A stretch of DNA of 64,000 bases from the human T2T-CHM13v2.0 reference genome, Homo sapiens (GCF_009914755.1 NC_060930.1), one strand, 5' to 3'; positions 1 through 18,329 are shown, counted from the stretch's first letter. Numbers and translations: made by a program. The notes: generated from the sequence alone by a model not told the origin.

Positions 1-98
1 GAGGGTTGTTTGAGCCCAGGAGTTTGAGGGTACAGTGAGCTGTGATGGTGCCTCTGCATTCCAGCCTGGGCAACAGAGTGAGACCCTGTCTCAAAAAA
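1..98 (+). mobile_element. Alu 3' end (AluJ/FRAM-like), cut by window edge
   Basis: Right-arm motifs ccagcctgggcaacagagtgagaccctgtctc followed by A tail. Confidence 0.9.
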
Positions 99-112
99 GA
101 GAGAGTGTTGAG

Positions 113-197
113 ACTTACATATAAGAGAATTGAGAATTGAGTAGCTTGTCTGAGGTCCAATAGCCAGTGGAGAGCCTGGATTCAACCCAGGCAATCT
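113..197 (-). mobile_element. MIR fragment
   Basis: Resembles reverse MIR core (cttgtctgaggtc...ggattcaacccagg). Confidence 0.5.
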
Positions 198-1175
198 TAA
201 GAAAGAAATTCACAGCATTTGTCCATTCACTTCCATTTAGCCCCAATACAATGCTATAAAATCACAGAAGTGGTTGAAGGTAAAGTAAGGTAGACTGTCT
301 TAAAATCCAATGTACTGGGTCTATGGATTACTGACTAAGCATATAATTTACCTACTACGTAAGTTCATGAAATTGATGTAAAGACTATTATTCGATACTA
401 AAAGTCCACTCCTCTTGCACAACAAATTTCAGAAATGACTTATCAGCAGGCCAAGAATGTTCTCAGACCACAAAACTAAGTCCCTGTATCCCCCTCCAAG
501 GATATGCATGTCTCTATGGATGAAGCCATGTTGCCAATCCAGGCCTTCTTCACAACAGGATAACTCTCAATTTCCTGGATTTTGTGACTGATGGGGAAAG
601 GAAGACATAAGTCAGCTGTGATATGCTCAAGATATTCTGCACCTGCGATTAAATAATGGTCATGCGTGTAAGAGCTATATTCCATTCATAGCAGAATACC
701 AGGGAGGCACAGTTTTCCATGTGAAACCACATTCTCCCATGACTTCAGATGAAAGCCAAGGGCAGCCAAAGGATCATGTATGGTTTCACTGCCCAACCAA
801 AAGGAAATTCTACAGTAACCACCACATTTCATTTTGCTGATTAGAATAAACCCCAAACAGTTTCATTAAAATTAAGGCCTATAATTGCATGGGGAAAATG
901 GCCAGATTGCAATATGGGCTATTCTGTCTGCCCAGACATACGCAGTGATAATTGACATAGGCCACCACCTAATCACCAGAGTCAACCAGATCATGAAATC
1001 ACTGAAAGAGACAATGACCAGTTCAGAGCTGAGTTCAGAAAGATCAAAATTCAGGGGCCTGCTCCTACAAAAACAAAGTAATTGCTAAGCAAATACCACA
1101 GAAACTCAGTCAGGGCCTGGGGAACCATGGAAGGCTACACAGCTAAATTTTTTTGTTTAGGAGGTTTGAATTGTC

Positions 1176-1469
1176 TTTTTTTTTTTGAGATGGGGTCTTG
1201 CTCTGTCACCCAGGCTGGAGTGCGGTGGCACTATCTTGGCTCACTGCAACCTCTGCCTCCTGGGTTCAAAGGATCCTCCTGAACCTCCGCCTCCAAGTAG
1301 CTGGGATTACAGATGCCTGCCACCACACCCAGCTAATTTTTGCATTTTTAGTAGGGACAGGGTTTCACCATGTTGGCCAGGATGGTCTTGAACTCCTGAC
1401 CTCAAGTAATCTGCCCACCTCAGCCTCCCAAGGTGCTGGGATTACAGGTGCAAGTCACCATGCCCAGCC
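1176..1469 (-). mobile_element. Alu (S/J)
   Basis: Poly-T followed by full reverse Alu dimer. Confidence 0.95.
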
Positions 1470-1490
1470 TGAACTGCATTTCTAAACCTT

Positions 1491-1945
1491 TGTGCTGGGC
1501 ATCCCTTTCATCCTTCTAGATCACCCTTCTCTACACAAAAGGCTGATCTGTAAGGATGACATCAAACAGCTCTCTTGTCCCTGGCTTCTGATTGGGTTTG
1601 GCAAATAGGGAGCTCCAGCAGGTGATAGAGGGAGAGAGGACAGTCAGCTCAGGGTGTTGGTTCTACTTAGTCATTGTGAGCTGGCTGAGCCTCTCAACTG
1701 GGGTCCATGGCTCTTGTCAGGCAGTCCTCCCTCTAGAGCCATCTAGCTCTCTCCAGGCTCCAGTGTCTTTCTCTTTCCTCACTCTGTCCACCCTCAGAAT
1801 GGTAACTCTGCCCACCGCTATCTACCCTGGCACACCGCGCTCTCCATAGGGCTTCCAACACCCTGTCCTGCCCCAACTTCATAAACTCTCCTCAAATGAC
1901 CCAGTTGGAATACGCCTTTCATTTCCTGTAAGAGCCCTAACATGA
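1491..1945 (+). mobile_element. LTR33-type ERVL solo LTR
   Basis: ggcttctgattgggtttggcaaatagggag and taaactctcctcaaatgacccag match the recalled LTR33 consensus. Confidence 0.7.
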
Positions 1946-2003
1946 CTTCTGAGCAGATGCGAACAGATATATGGAAATCCAGAGACCCCTGGACTGAGGG
2001 TTA

Positions 2004-2777
<774 letters not shown>

Positions 2778-3494
2778 CTACAGACCTTTTTTACCTGCCC
2801 TACCCGTCCTCCTTTCTCTTCCTCGTGACTTCTCCTTTCACACACAGCTTCCTCCCCCATGAACACCACACAAACCAAACAGAAACCCAGGGACAGTACA
2901 GAACAATTAGGGTTAGAAAGGAAACAAATAAAATCACTTTTTTCTCCTCACACATCTTAATCTCAGAGCCACTACAAAATTAGACTCAGCAAATTCCACT
3001 TGAAATTTTAATATGACTATAAAACTATTTGGCAATGTGATAATTGGCATAAATTAGAACTTCATAGTTAAACAGAACAGTTGAACAGTTCAGGTTAAAA
3101 TTGCTTTTGAAAAAAAATAAAATTGCTTTTGAATACTGACGTGCCCAAAGTTAAAAAACTATAAATGGGTCCTTGGTCAGCTAATTCCAAAACAATACAC
3201 CCCAGACTTCTGTTAACACTTAATTAACACAAAACTAAAACAACATGCAGAACAATGTTGGAATCTGGTGTCCAGAAAAGAATTCAGCCAATTTATGGTT
3301 GTCAACCACTTAATGCAACTTGAGCCTGGGACAAAACAGAATTCTAAACCTTCTCCCATTTCCAATTATATAAACTGCAAAATCAGCTGCTGCCACAAGT
3401 ATGCATAAATGTAATCCCCAATTTTCCAAGTTAAACCTAGGTGTACCCTTAAATGATGCAGCTAAGGCTGTGACCTCAGAATGGGGTGGAAATG

Positions 3495-3618
3495 GGCAAA
3501 GACCAGAGTCAAGGGTGAGCCTTCACTCTGCAGCCTTCTGCAGACCGTGGGCATGTTACAGGAGTTCCCTGGACCACTGTTTCTTCATTCATAAAGTGGA
3601 GATAGAAATGCCTGCCTA
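3495..3618 (+). mobile_element. MIR 5'/core part (resumes at about 5448)
   Basis: ctgtttcttcattcataaagtggagatag core-like sequence. Confidence 0.55.
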
Positions 3619-3658
3619 CTCCACCAATTCCACTTCTGGTTATATATCCAAAAGAATT

Positions 3659-4337
<679 letters not shown>

Positions 4338-4607
4338 CTAACAGCCAAAAGGTGGAAACAACCCAAGTGTCCATCGGTGGTGAATAGATCAACAAAACAC
4401 ACTATATCCATACCATCAAATATTATTCTGCCTTAATAAAGGAAGGAAACCCTGTCACACGCTACAACATGAATAAACTTTGAGGACAAATACTGTATGA
4501 TTTCACTTACGTGAGGTCCCTAGGGTAGTCAAATTTATATAGAGAGAAAGTAGAATGGTGGCTGTCAGGAACTGGGGGAGGAGCCTGGGTTGTTGTTCTA
4601 TGGAAGA

Positions 4608-4970
4608 GTGCAGCCATAGAAAAGAACAAGATCATGTCTTTTGCAGGAACATGGATAGAGTTGGAAGCTATTATTCTTAGCAAACTAATACAGGAACAGA
4701 AAACCAAATATCACATGTTCTCATTTATAAGTGGGAGCTAAATGATGAAAACTCATGAATGCAAAGAAGGGCACAACAGAAACTAGAGTCTACTTGAGGG
4801 TGGTGAGTGAGAGGAGGGAGAGGAGCAGAAAAAAATTTTAAAAAAACTATTGGGACTAGTACCTGGATGATGAATAATCTGTACAACAAACACCCATGAC
4901 GTGAGTTTACCTCCATAACAAACTGCCTATGTATCCCCGAACCTAAAATACAAGTTAAAAAAAACAAAAA
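4608..4970 (+). mobile_element. 5'-truncated older L1PA (L1PA13-16-like) 3' end
   Basis: aagatcatgtcttttgcaggaacatgg...ataagtgggagcta...gaacctaaaata followed by A tail. Confidence 0.85.
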
Positions 4971-5041
4971 GAGTTTCATTTCGGGAAGATGAAAAAGTTC
5001 CATAGATCTATTTCACAATAATGTGAATATACTTAATACTA

Positions 5042-5399
<358 letters not shown>

Positions 5400-5447
5400 T
5401 TAAGATGGTAAATTTCATGTTGCTTCTTACTACAATTTTTTAAATGG

Positions 5448-5528
5448 CTACCTTATTTAATCTCTGTGAGAATTAAATGATATCAAGTGCAAATGCCTGA
5501 CACACAGTAGATGCTCGGTAAGTGTAAC
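5448..5528 (+). mobile_element. MIR 3' part
   Basis: tgtgagaattaaatgata...tgcctgacacacagtagatgctc. Confidence 0.65.
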
Positions 5529-5698
5529 ATTCTTTTCCTTCTCCTTCTGAATGGCTTGTGAATTATCACAAACATTAAAGAGACTTCTAGCATCCAAAGC
5601 ATATTGATATGGGTAGAAAGGGAGGATAAGATCTCAATTCATTTTCTTTGCCTCTCTCCTCCCTTTTCAACCCTTTGAATCAGGCCAGATCACCACCC

Positions 5699-6071
5699 AC
5701 TATGGTTTGAATGTTTGTGTCCCCTCCAAAATTTATGTTGAAACTTAAATCCGCAATGCACAATATTAAGAGGTGGGGCTTTTAGGAGGTGATTCCATAC
5801 GATGGAATACTGTGTGGAATATTCCCTCTCTGCCTTCATGAATGGGATTAGCAACTCTCTGAAAGGGCTGATGGGAACAGCATCCATTTCCTTTGGAGGA
5901 TGCAGCAACAAGGGGCCACCTTGAAGGCAGAGACCAGCCCTCACCAGACACCAAGTGTTGGTGCCTCAGTCTTGGACTTCCCAGCCTCTAGAACTGAAAG
6001 AAATACATTTCTATTGTTTACAAATTACCTAATCTTGGTATTTTGAATAGTAGCATAAATAGACTAAAACA
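5699..6071 (+). mobile_element. MaLR solo LTR (MSTC/MSTD/MLT1A-type)
   Basis: tatggtttgaatgtttgtgtcccctcc...ttggacttcccagcctctagaactg...gactaaaaca. Confidence 0.85.
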
Positions 6072-6274
6072 CCAAACCAACTCAAAGCTCAGGCTAACAA
6101 CTCTGGACACAGTGTGCCACCAACTCCAGAAGTGCTTGGCATCTGTCACCTAGTGTCCCAGAGCTGATCGCTGGGACTCCAGCAGCACACCCGGTCTCCC
6201 TTTGCTCCAAAAAGAACAGCCCTGAGACAATCCTTTCTATGTGCCTCCTGTACTTGTTAAAAGGTAGCAGTATA

Positions 6275-6799
<525 letters not shown>

Positions 6800-6946
6800 T
6801 CATTCAAATAATAACCCTGACCCATCTTTTCAGACTCTGCCTCAAGTCCAAGCTCATCTTACAATCCTTCAAACTCCTCTGATCAGGACTCTAAGTTTTC
6901 CTTTCCCTAAAGCACTTGTACCTAGAACCACATCACTCAGTGCTGA

Positions 6947-7286
<340 letters not shown>

Positions 7287-7684
7287 ATGAATCTAGTTTT
7301 CTAACCAGATTTTGGCTCCCCAGTGGTCAAGGTCATCTTCATTTGTCCCCCTCTCCAACACTTCCTCAATGGACCTAACACACAGTGCTTGTCAGAGAAA
7401 GAGTCACAATGTTGAGCTGCCTGAAGCTTTGGATGTGACACAGGACATGTCTTCTTGGTGGCAGGGTGACCCAGCAATCTGTTCTCTGTGGCTGTGTCTA
7501 TAAATGCCTGCCTTCCCTAAATGATATGTAACCCGAAATGCTAAAATAATTTCTAGCTGAAGTATAATTTATAGAATAGGATGAAATGCATACAGTTATG
7601 TTTAAAAGAACATCTATATTAATATTTCCCAAATCAGTCACACTGTCAACTGATTTGGAAAAAGAAAAAAGTTCTCACATGCTA

Positions 7685-8173
<489 letters not shown>

Positions 8174-8538
8174 TCATTGTTCTGAGTTTTTCTGAGGGGG
8201 AGGCAAGGAAAACTGCTTGATCACTAGTGGTAATGATGCCTAACATCCAAAAATAACTGCAAGGAAACACCTTAGACATGAATATCTATGTGATTATGCA
8301 ATAAACAAATCTCTATTAGCTATAGCAGATACAAACTACACATCTTCAACAAAATGAGAAATTATCAAATCAATAATGATATTGTTGCTTTGAGTTGGGT
8401 TAACTACCTAATTCTAGAAAAGGGGAAGCAAATTTTTCCTTACCTTTTGACATTCTACATTTCAAAGCAGTATATGAAGAGAATACTGGACGGAGAATCC
8501 AGATCTGTATTCTACACCAGTGTTGTCCAAAATAAATG

Positions 8539-8612
8539 TTAGTTTGGTGCAAAAGTCATTCTGGTTTTGCCTTGAAAAGTAATGGTGCAAAAACACTTTT
8601 GCACCAAACTAA
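8539..8612. mobile_element. MADE1 (Hsmar1-derived palindromic MITE)
   Basis: ttagtttggtgcaaaagt ... acttttgcaccaaactaa terminal inverted repeats. Confidence 0.9.
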
Positions 8613-8640
8613 TAGAATGAGAGCCCTGTACGTTTTCTCG

Positions 8641-8963
<323 letters not shown>

Positions 8964-9542
8964 TGAATGAAGAGCAACAGATTAAGTTAATTTGAGCTCA
9001 GCGTATCAAAATACTATCATTTCAACATGTAATCAATATGGAAATTACTGAGTTATTTTACATTTTCTCATACATGGAGCAAAAGATTCTTCAAAATGCA
9101 ACGTATCTTTTACACTTACATCACATCTCAGTTAGGACCAGGTGCGTTTCAAATGCTCCATAGCCATGTGTGTCTGGTGGCTACTGAGCACTAGACTCTG
9201 ATCCTTTGGCAGCTAGAGATGTGACCCTGGATTTAACTAAGGTCCTCAGTGGTTCCTCAGTTCTCTCACCTTTGAAATGAGAGGGAGAAATAATCATCCA
9301 AAGTTCTTTCTACCTTAAATTCTGTGGTGTCCATAATTTATATAACAGCGGGAAGACAGCCATCCCCCCATCCAGTTCCAAATGTAATCCATGATCTTTA
9401 CTAATAGCATGCTACTTTTTTTATATAAAATGGATACATCCCTATTGTAAAAAAAAAATTTGAAAAACACCCAAAAAAGTATAAAAAACAAGATAAAATG
9501 ATCCATAATCTACCCAAATATTTATATTATGTTGATTAATTA

Positions 9543-9684
9543 AGCTGGGCATGGTGACTCCAGCCTGTAGTCCCAGATACTCTGGAGGCTGAGGCAGGAG
9601 GGTTGCTTAAGCCCAGAAGTTTGAGTCCAGCCTGGGCAACACAGCAAGGCTCCATCTCTAAAAAGAAAAACAGAAGGAAAAAAA
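9543..9684 (+). mobile_element. FLAM (Alu monomer)
   Basis: Single arm followed by A tail. Confidence 0.85.
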
Positions 9685-10659
9685 TCTAACTGTTGATGAA
9701 ATTCCTTTCTGATTTTTTTTAACTCAATAAAAAACTGGAACTTTGGGGAGAAATTAATGTATTGCTATCCTCTCCCTTACATATATGAGGGATTTAAAAA
9801 TAAAAGTCATATAATTCAGTTTTCAAGAATATGAGTCTACCTTGTTTATACTTTTAACATGAAAAGAATTCAAATGATTTTCTTTCAAAATCAGTTTATT
9901 AGAGGAGTCTGTGTCTTTTATCCCTCATTTAATTTCTGTAGACTTTTGTTTATTTCCATGACGTGTTATCTTGGGAGTCTTCGGTTTCTGTCCATTTTGT
10001 CTCCTTTCCCCCCATCTGTATTCATGGTCACCTGTTTCTACACACCCGTCTGGGGGCCCCCAAAACTTGTTACTGCTGCTGGTCAAGTCACAGAAGCAAT
10101 CCTCTCCCAGAGAGACAATTTCCTTGGCAGTGCCAGAGTCTCTTGTTAGGATAAAAATAATCAGGCAGTCTCCAGCTCAGCTTGGCTATTAAGGGTTGCG
10201 ATTATTTGGGATCAGCACCCCAGGGCAATGGTAAAATTTACTCTAAATTTCTTCCACCAACCTTTTTGAAGATTCTTTTCTAACCCGGCAATTCAATTAG
10301 TCAAAACGAAGACACTTTTGAATACTTAGTGTATTTATCTGTGGGAGTTGTTTGGATTTTAGAGAGGGATGAGAGAGGAAGATAGGGCTTTATCCCCCTT
10401 TAAAAGCCTCCCTTTCATTTCCTTTCCTTGTTCCTCATTTCTGATTCCTTTCTATCATTCAGAACGAGGGCTGGGTTTTGTATGTATGTGTGTGGTATGT
10501 GTTTTTAAGCACACAGTTGGAAGAGGAGAAGAAATGGAATGAAAGGTGAAATGGTAACCACCCGGCATCAGGGCACACAGCCGAAAGGCACTAGATCTCC
10601 TTCCGTCCGAAACATGGGCCACCAAACCAGTGAGCCAGTGCCACTGCCGGAGCCCATCA

Positions 10660-10900
10660 GGACACGCCCACTCTTTGATATGCTAATCAGTAGCTGAGGG
10701 TTGGTTGGAGCCGGCTGGAAAGCAGAGGCTTTCAGATGGCTGACTCGTTACAAAGCTGCAAACTTCAAAGCCCAGTTTAGAAGGTCCTGTTCTTGTATGG
10801 CAGAGTAAGTTTGCTTTTTTACAATGCTGAAGAGAAAATCCCAACAAATGAGAGTGCTTAAACAATGAAGCAGGCTCAACTCAAAATAAGGAACCAATCA
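10660..10900. promoter_or_regulatory. Candidate enhancer/promoter (KLF, SOX/TCF-OCT composite, TCF, SOX, CCAAT motifs)
   Basis: CACGCCC 10663, CTTTGATATGCTAAT 10673-10687, TTCAAAG 10764, AACAATG 10861, AACCAATCAG 10892, inside a repeat-free island; motif evidence only. Confidence 0.45.
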
Positions 10901-11216
10901 GCAATATGGCTTCTATCTGTCCTTAGGACTTTAAACATTTCCAGATGATCGCATGCATCTGATTAGGGTCCCTGGAGCCCCACTCCTCTATCAGGGCCCA
11001 CTGGAAGGGAGAACAGGAGGTTCCAAGGGTAGAGTCCCAGATTCAGACTCACTGGCAGGTAACACTCTACCCTGAACAATGTCGAGGTGGTTTCTAGCAG
11101 AAAGGCCAGCAGATGGTAAGACTTCACGTGATGCAATTCTTATCTTTTAGCGAACATAGGTAATTTGCAAAATTCTCTTACCTTTTTTGACTCAGGACAG
11201 AAATTGTGGTACCTCA

Positions 11217-11548
<332 letters not shown>

Positions 11549-11637
11549 TTACAGCCCCACCCTTCTGACCTCATTTAACCTTAATTACCTCCTTATAGGC
11601 CCCGGCTCCAAATACAATCACAGTGGGGGTTAGAGAT

Positions 11638-12080
11638 TGAAGGAGATCAGAAGATGCTTCCCCATAATATGCCACATTGGGGTATGGCGACTGAGAATCC
11701 ACAGATGCAGAAAGAAGCCTTCTCAGAACTTCCCTTATCGAACTAAAAACAGCAACTTCTAGGAAATAAGGCTGCTGTAAATCCCCACTTCAGATCATAT
11801 CTACTCCCAGAAGGGAGAACACGAATAAAAGCCACCCCCAATCCCTTCTCCAGGGGTTTTACGGTCCTGAAGGAGACGGAAAGATCACTCATACCTGTAT
11901 AAACAAACATTATCACAAACTTTATCTCTCATTTGCTCTCCTAAAAACCCATTTGTCTTTCCTAAAGAAACCTATTTGTTCCTCACATAAAAGCTTTTGC
12001 TCTCCCTCCCTTTCCCCTACTAAGTTAGATGTATAAGCCTCTAACTTTAACCATTTAAAGAACCAGCTACTCCTTTGTGA

Positions 12081-12123
<43 letters not shown>

Positions 12124-12217
12124 TACCTTTTTTCTCCTGTTAATGTTTTCTGTCAGTTTAATTTGTAGGCCCAGAGATGCTGAACATGAGGGTAGAGAAA
12201 ATTTTTTCTCCCCTATA
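11638..12217 (+). mobile_element. MER34-group ERV1 solo LTR with internal (TA)n
   Basis: tgaaggagatcagaa..aatatgccac start, ttttctccccta end. Confidence 0.65.
12083..12125. repeat. (TA)n/(CA)n microsatellite
   Basis: About 15 AT units, then CA. Confidence 0.95.
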
Positions 12218-12675
12218 ATCTCCAACCTATGAATGGGGGCTGGGGGTGGGGGAGAATAGGACAGAATTCTGTTTATCGTCGTATTCAGGTGTCCTCAGTT
12301 AACCAAACCCCTTATACACACACGCTTTTGAAAAACAAACGTGGCAAGCTACGGGCAGAGCTGTGTCCATGAAGAGAGAATAGGAAAGAAGGGGGCAGGT
12401 GGGTGAACTACTGTGTGAACAAGATGGTGGCATCCTCCTTCACAGTTTTACCTGGAGGCACCACTACCTCCAGGCTTATCAGCTCTCGGGTTTCATCTTA
12501 AAAGAACTGTCTTTTCCGCTGGCTAATGGTGTTTATGTTGACCTGTGTGAGTTAGGGGGTGGTGTAGAAGGTTGACAAAGGGTTGCCATTGTGACAGGCG
12601 CTCAAACCAGAGTGACTCCATGTTGAATAGGGGCTGAGACCTACTGGGCTGCATTCCCAGGAGGTTAGGCATTCT

Positions 12676-13158
<483 letters not shown>

Positions 13159-13470
13159 GAAGTTAGGCATTCTTAGTCACAGGATGAGACAGGAGGTCGG
13201 CACAAGATATAGGTTATAAAGACTTTGCTGATAAAACAGGTCACGGTAAAGAAGCTGGCCAAAACCTACCCAAACCAAGATGGCGACGAAAGTGACCTCT
13301 GGTCATCCTCACTACTCATTATATGCTAATTATAAGGTAAATTATTAGCACGCTAAAAGACACTCCCACCAGCGCCATGACAGTTTACCAAGGCCATGGT
13401 AACATCAGGAAATTATCCTATATGGTCTAAAAAGGGGAGGAACCCTCAGCTCCGGGAATTGCCTAACCCT

Positions 13471-13479
13471 TTCCTGGAA
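13471..13479. promoter_or_regulatory. GAS (STAT1) motif in MER41B
   Basis: TTCCTGGAA intact; neighbouring site at 13450 reads CTCCGGGAA. Confidence 0.6.
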
Positions 13480-14014
13480 ACCTCATGAATAATCCACCCC
13501 TTTTTTAGCATACAATTAAGAAATAACCATAAGTATACTCAGTTGAGCAGCCCACGCCCCTGCTCTGCCAATGCAGTAGCCATTCTTTTATTCCTTTATT
13601 TTCCTAATAAGCTTGCTTTCACATTACTCTATGGATACTCCCCGGATTCTTTCTTGTGTGAGGTAAAAGAACCCTCTCTTGGGGTCTGAATAAGGACCCC
13701 TTTCTGGTAACATTGTGGCTTGAACGTAACCCTGCATTTCCCCTGTGTTCTTCCTAGGATTCAATCCATCTGGAGGGCCTGGGAGGCAGCCCTGCAAATG
13801 AGTTGCAGGAGACTTGGCAGAGTCCCCTGGGAGAGAACTAATCCTAAGAGAGAGCTTCATCTTAGGGCAAAATCTCATGGTCCCCTACCTGCAGATAATT
13901 CTAGTCTAAGTTAAAGCAGAAAAGGCAGAGTAAAAAACCAAAAGGCCTGTTTACTAAATCTCTGAGAGACGTTGAGAGCCCTGTTTGCGGAGATTATCAT
14001 AAAAGTAGGAGAAT

Positions 14015-14330
<316 letters not shown>

Positions 14331-14385
14331 ATGAAGGTAGGAGAAGTTACATTATCCACTTTCCCGCCCATTCCCATGTGCCTGC

Positions 14386-14423
14386 CACACACACACACAC
14401 ACACACACAACACACACACACAC
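14386..14423. repeat. Interrupted (CA)n microsatellite
   Basis: Read directly. Confidence 0.95.
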
Positions 14424-15478
14424 TTTCCCTCACTCCTTTGCAAGCAGTTCAAGACAGCTCTGCCCTCCAGGGACCCAGATGCTCCAGAGGTACCAGGCGG
14501 CTGCAATTCCAGCGACTTTGTCTCTACCTGGCACTGCACAAGATGGTGACATTGGCAACGACCGAAAATATCTCCCGCTCCCTCAGGGGACTGACACAGC
14601 GGACAAAAAAAAAAAAAAATGGCCATACACGCAAGATTAACTGCATTAAAAATATGCATGGAAAATAATAATGGAAGGAAATACTGTAAATGGGTTTCTT
14701 TCCTGTACAGAATTGGCAGCCTAAATCATTGCCTCCTTTAAGAGTGACATAAATTTCACTCGGACCCCCTCTCCCACCTCCAGAATGAAGTCTAGGATCC
14801 TCCCCGAAGCCGCCATGAATTCCAGAGGGCTTGGGCTTCACCATCTGAGGCTCTCATTTCCTGTCCCCCGTTCCACCCTCAGTCCCACGGACTCCTCGCC
14901 TCCCTCAGCTGATCTTTTCCCTGCGCTTTCCCGATTTCTTACCAACCGTTGACACAGGACTTTATGTGTCACAGTCTTCGCAGAGGTGTAGGGCTTGGCG
15001 ATGGAGGGCAGAGAAGGGTGCCCATTTCATCACAGCACTTAAAATTCCTCCAGCCACCCCCACCCTAGTGCCCTTCTCAGCCACCCACATCTGCACAGCC
15101 CCAGGCTGCCACCCGTCACCCTGCGGCCGGCCCCCTCCCTCTCCCTCTCACCCCTCCTTTTCCTCACCTCTCCCCTCCTTCCTCCATCACCGCCCACGAA
15201 TTCTTCTTCATTTGTAATGCAGAGTGTTTCAGAGCCTCCATCCACCAGGCCTGGGGAAGGACCTCCCCTTTGCATTTCACCAGTGAAGTAGCCAGTCAAG
15301 GTATTTTACCCAACACAAGGCTACTTACTCCGGAGAGGAATTCTGCCACTCCCTGAGGGGAAGCAGCTGCCATGGTTTAAAATAGTATTTTTACCTCTAC
15401 CTCTATTACAACGATTTTCCAAACTTTCCCCACAAGCATGTATTAATTTCAAAGAAATGTGAACAGTTTACATAACTA

Positions 15479-16021
<543 letters not shown>

Positions 16022-16027
16022 CATTTA

Positions 16028-16432
<405 letters not shown>

Positions 16433-16439
16433 TCAGAAC

Positions 16440-16625
16440 AACTACAACAATAGCAACTAGGAACTCTTAGTCCCTTACTCTGTTCCTAGCAACGTTAGAA
16501 GGTAAGTAGCTGTCCGGTCATCAGCCCCCTTTTTAAGGACAAGTCCTAGAGGGGTAAAGAAATTGCTAAGTTCACACACAGAGTAGGTAATAGACCCCAG
16601 GCAACCTGACACAGAGATGGCTGTG
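16440..16625 (-). mobile_element. MIR (degraded)
   Basis: agaggggtaaagaaattgctaagttcacaca. Confidence 0.45.
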
Positions 16626-16771
16626 TCAGTCAGGGAGGCAGTCTTGCTAACATTCACACCTTGGTCTTAAACTTGCCACACACAGATATTTCTTGCATGT
16701 CTACCCTATTACTAAGCAAACAGAGAAGGTGCTAAAGGAACATGAAACTTTGACTAAGAAGTTCCATCCCA

Positions 16772-17078
16772 GGCCAGCTGTGGTGTCTCACATCTGTAAC
16801 CCCAGCACTTCGGGAGGCTGAGGCGGGCGGATCACGAGGTAAAAAGATCGAAACCATCCTGGCCAAAATGGTGAAACCCCGTCTTTACTAAAAATACAGA
16901 AATTAGCTGGGCATGGTGGCTCGCGCCTGTAGTCCCAGCTCCTCAGGAGGCTGAAGCAGGAGAATCACTTAAACCCAGGAGGCAGAGGTTGCGGTAAGCC
17001 GAGATTGAGCCACTGCACTCCAGCCTGGCGACAGAGAGAGACTCTGTCTCAAAAAATAAATAAATAAATAAATAAAAA
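16772..17078 (+). mobile_element. AluSc-like
   Basis: TSD aagaagttccatccca. Confidence 0.95.
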
Positions 17079-17188
17079 GAAGAAGTTCCATCCCAAAATT
17101 GTGAAGGGAATTTTGTATTTTGTAGACAGGACTTCATAGTGTGCTTCACTGAGGAGGCTTGGGTTTCGTTCTTTAAAAGTAATTAATC

Positions 17189-17504
<316 letters not shown>

Positions 17505-17509
17505 TCACA

Positions 17510-17632
17510 AGCCAGGCATGGTGGCTCACGCCTGTAATCCCAGCACTTTGGGAGGCCGAGGCGGGTGGATCACTTGAGGTCAGGAGTTCGAGACCAGCCT
17601 GGTCAACATGGTGAAACCCCATCTCTACTAAA
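17510..17632 (+). mobile_element. Alu left arm fused directly to L1
   Basis: Ends at tctctactaaa, then L1 sequence follows. Confidence 0.85.
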
Positions 17633-17733
17633 TTCTCATGAGGATATGGAGAAATCGAATCACTGATATATCGCTGGTGAGAATGTAAAAATGGTACAGC
17701 CACTCTGGAAAACAGTTTAACAGTTTCTTTCTG

Positions 17734-18289
<556 letters not shown>

Positions 18290-18329
18290 TGGCAGTTTGA
18301 TAGTTTCTTTAAAAACTAAATACACACAT

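Noticed and set aside
8539-8612. Naming a miR-548 gene
   Set aside because: The MADE1 hairpin alone is insufficient; the inner arms are degraded and there is no expression evidence
9543-9684. 7SL RNA gene
   Set aside because: FLAM monomer lacking the 7SL S-domain
12415-12435. CTCF-like ACAAGATGGTGGCA
   Set aside because: About four mismatches to the core consensus; too weak to call
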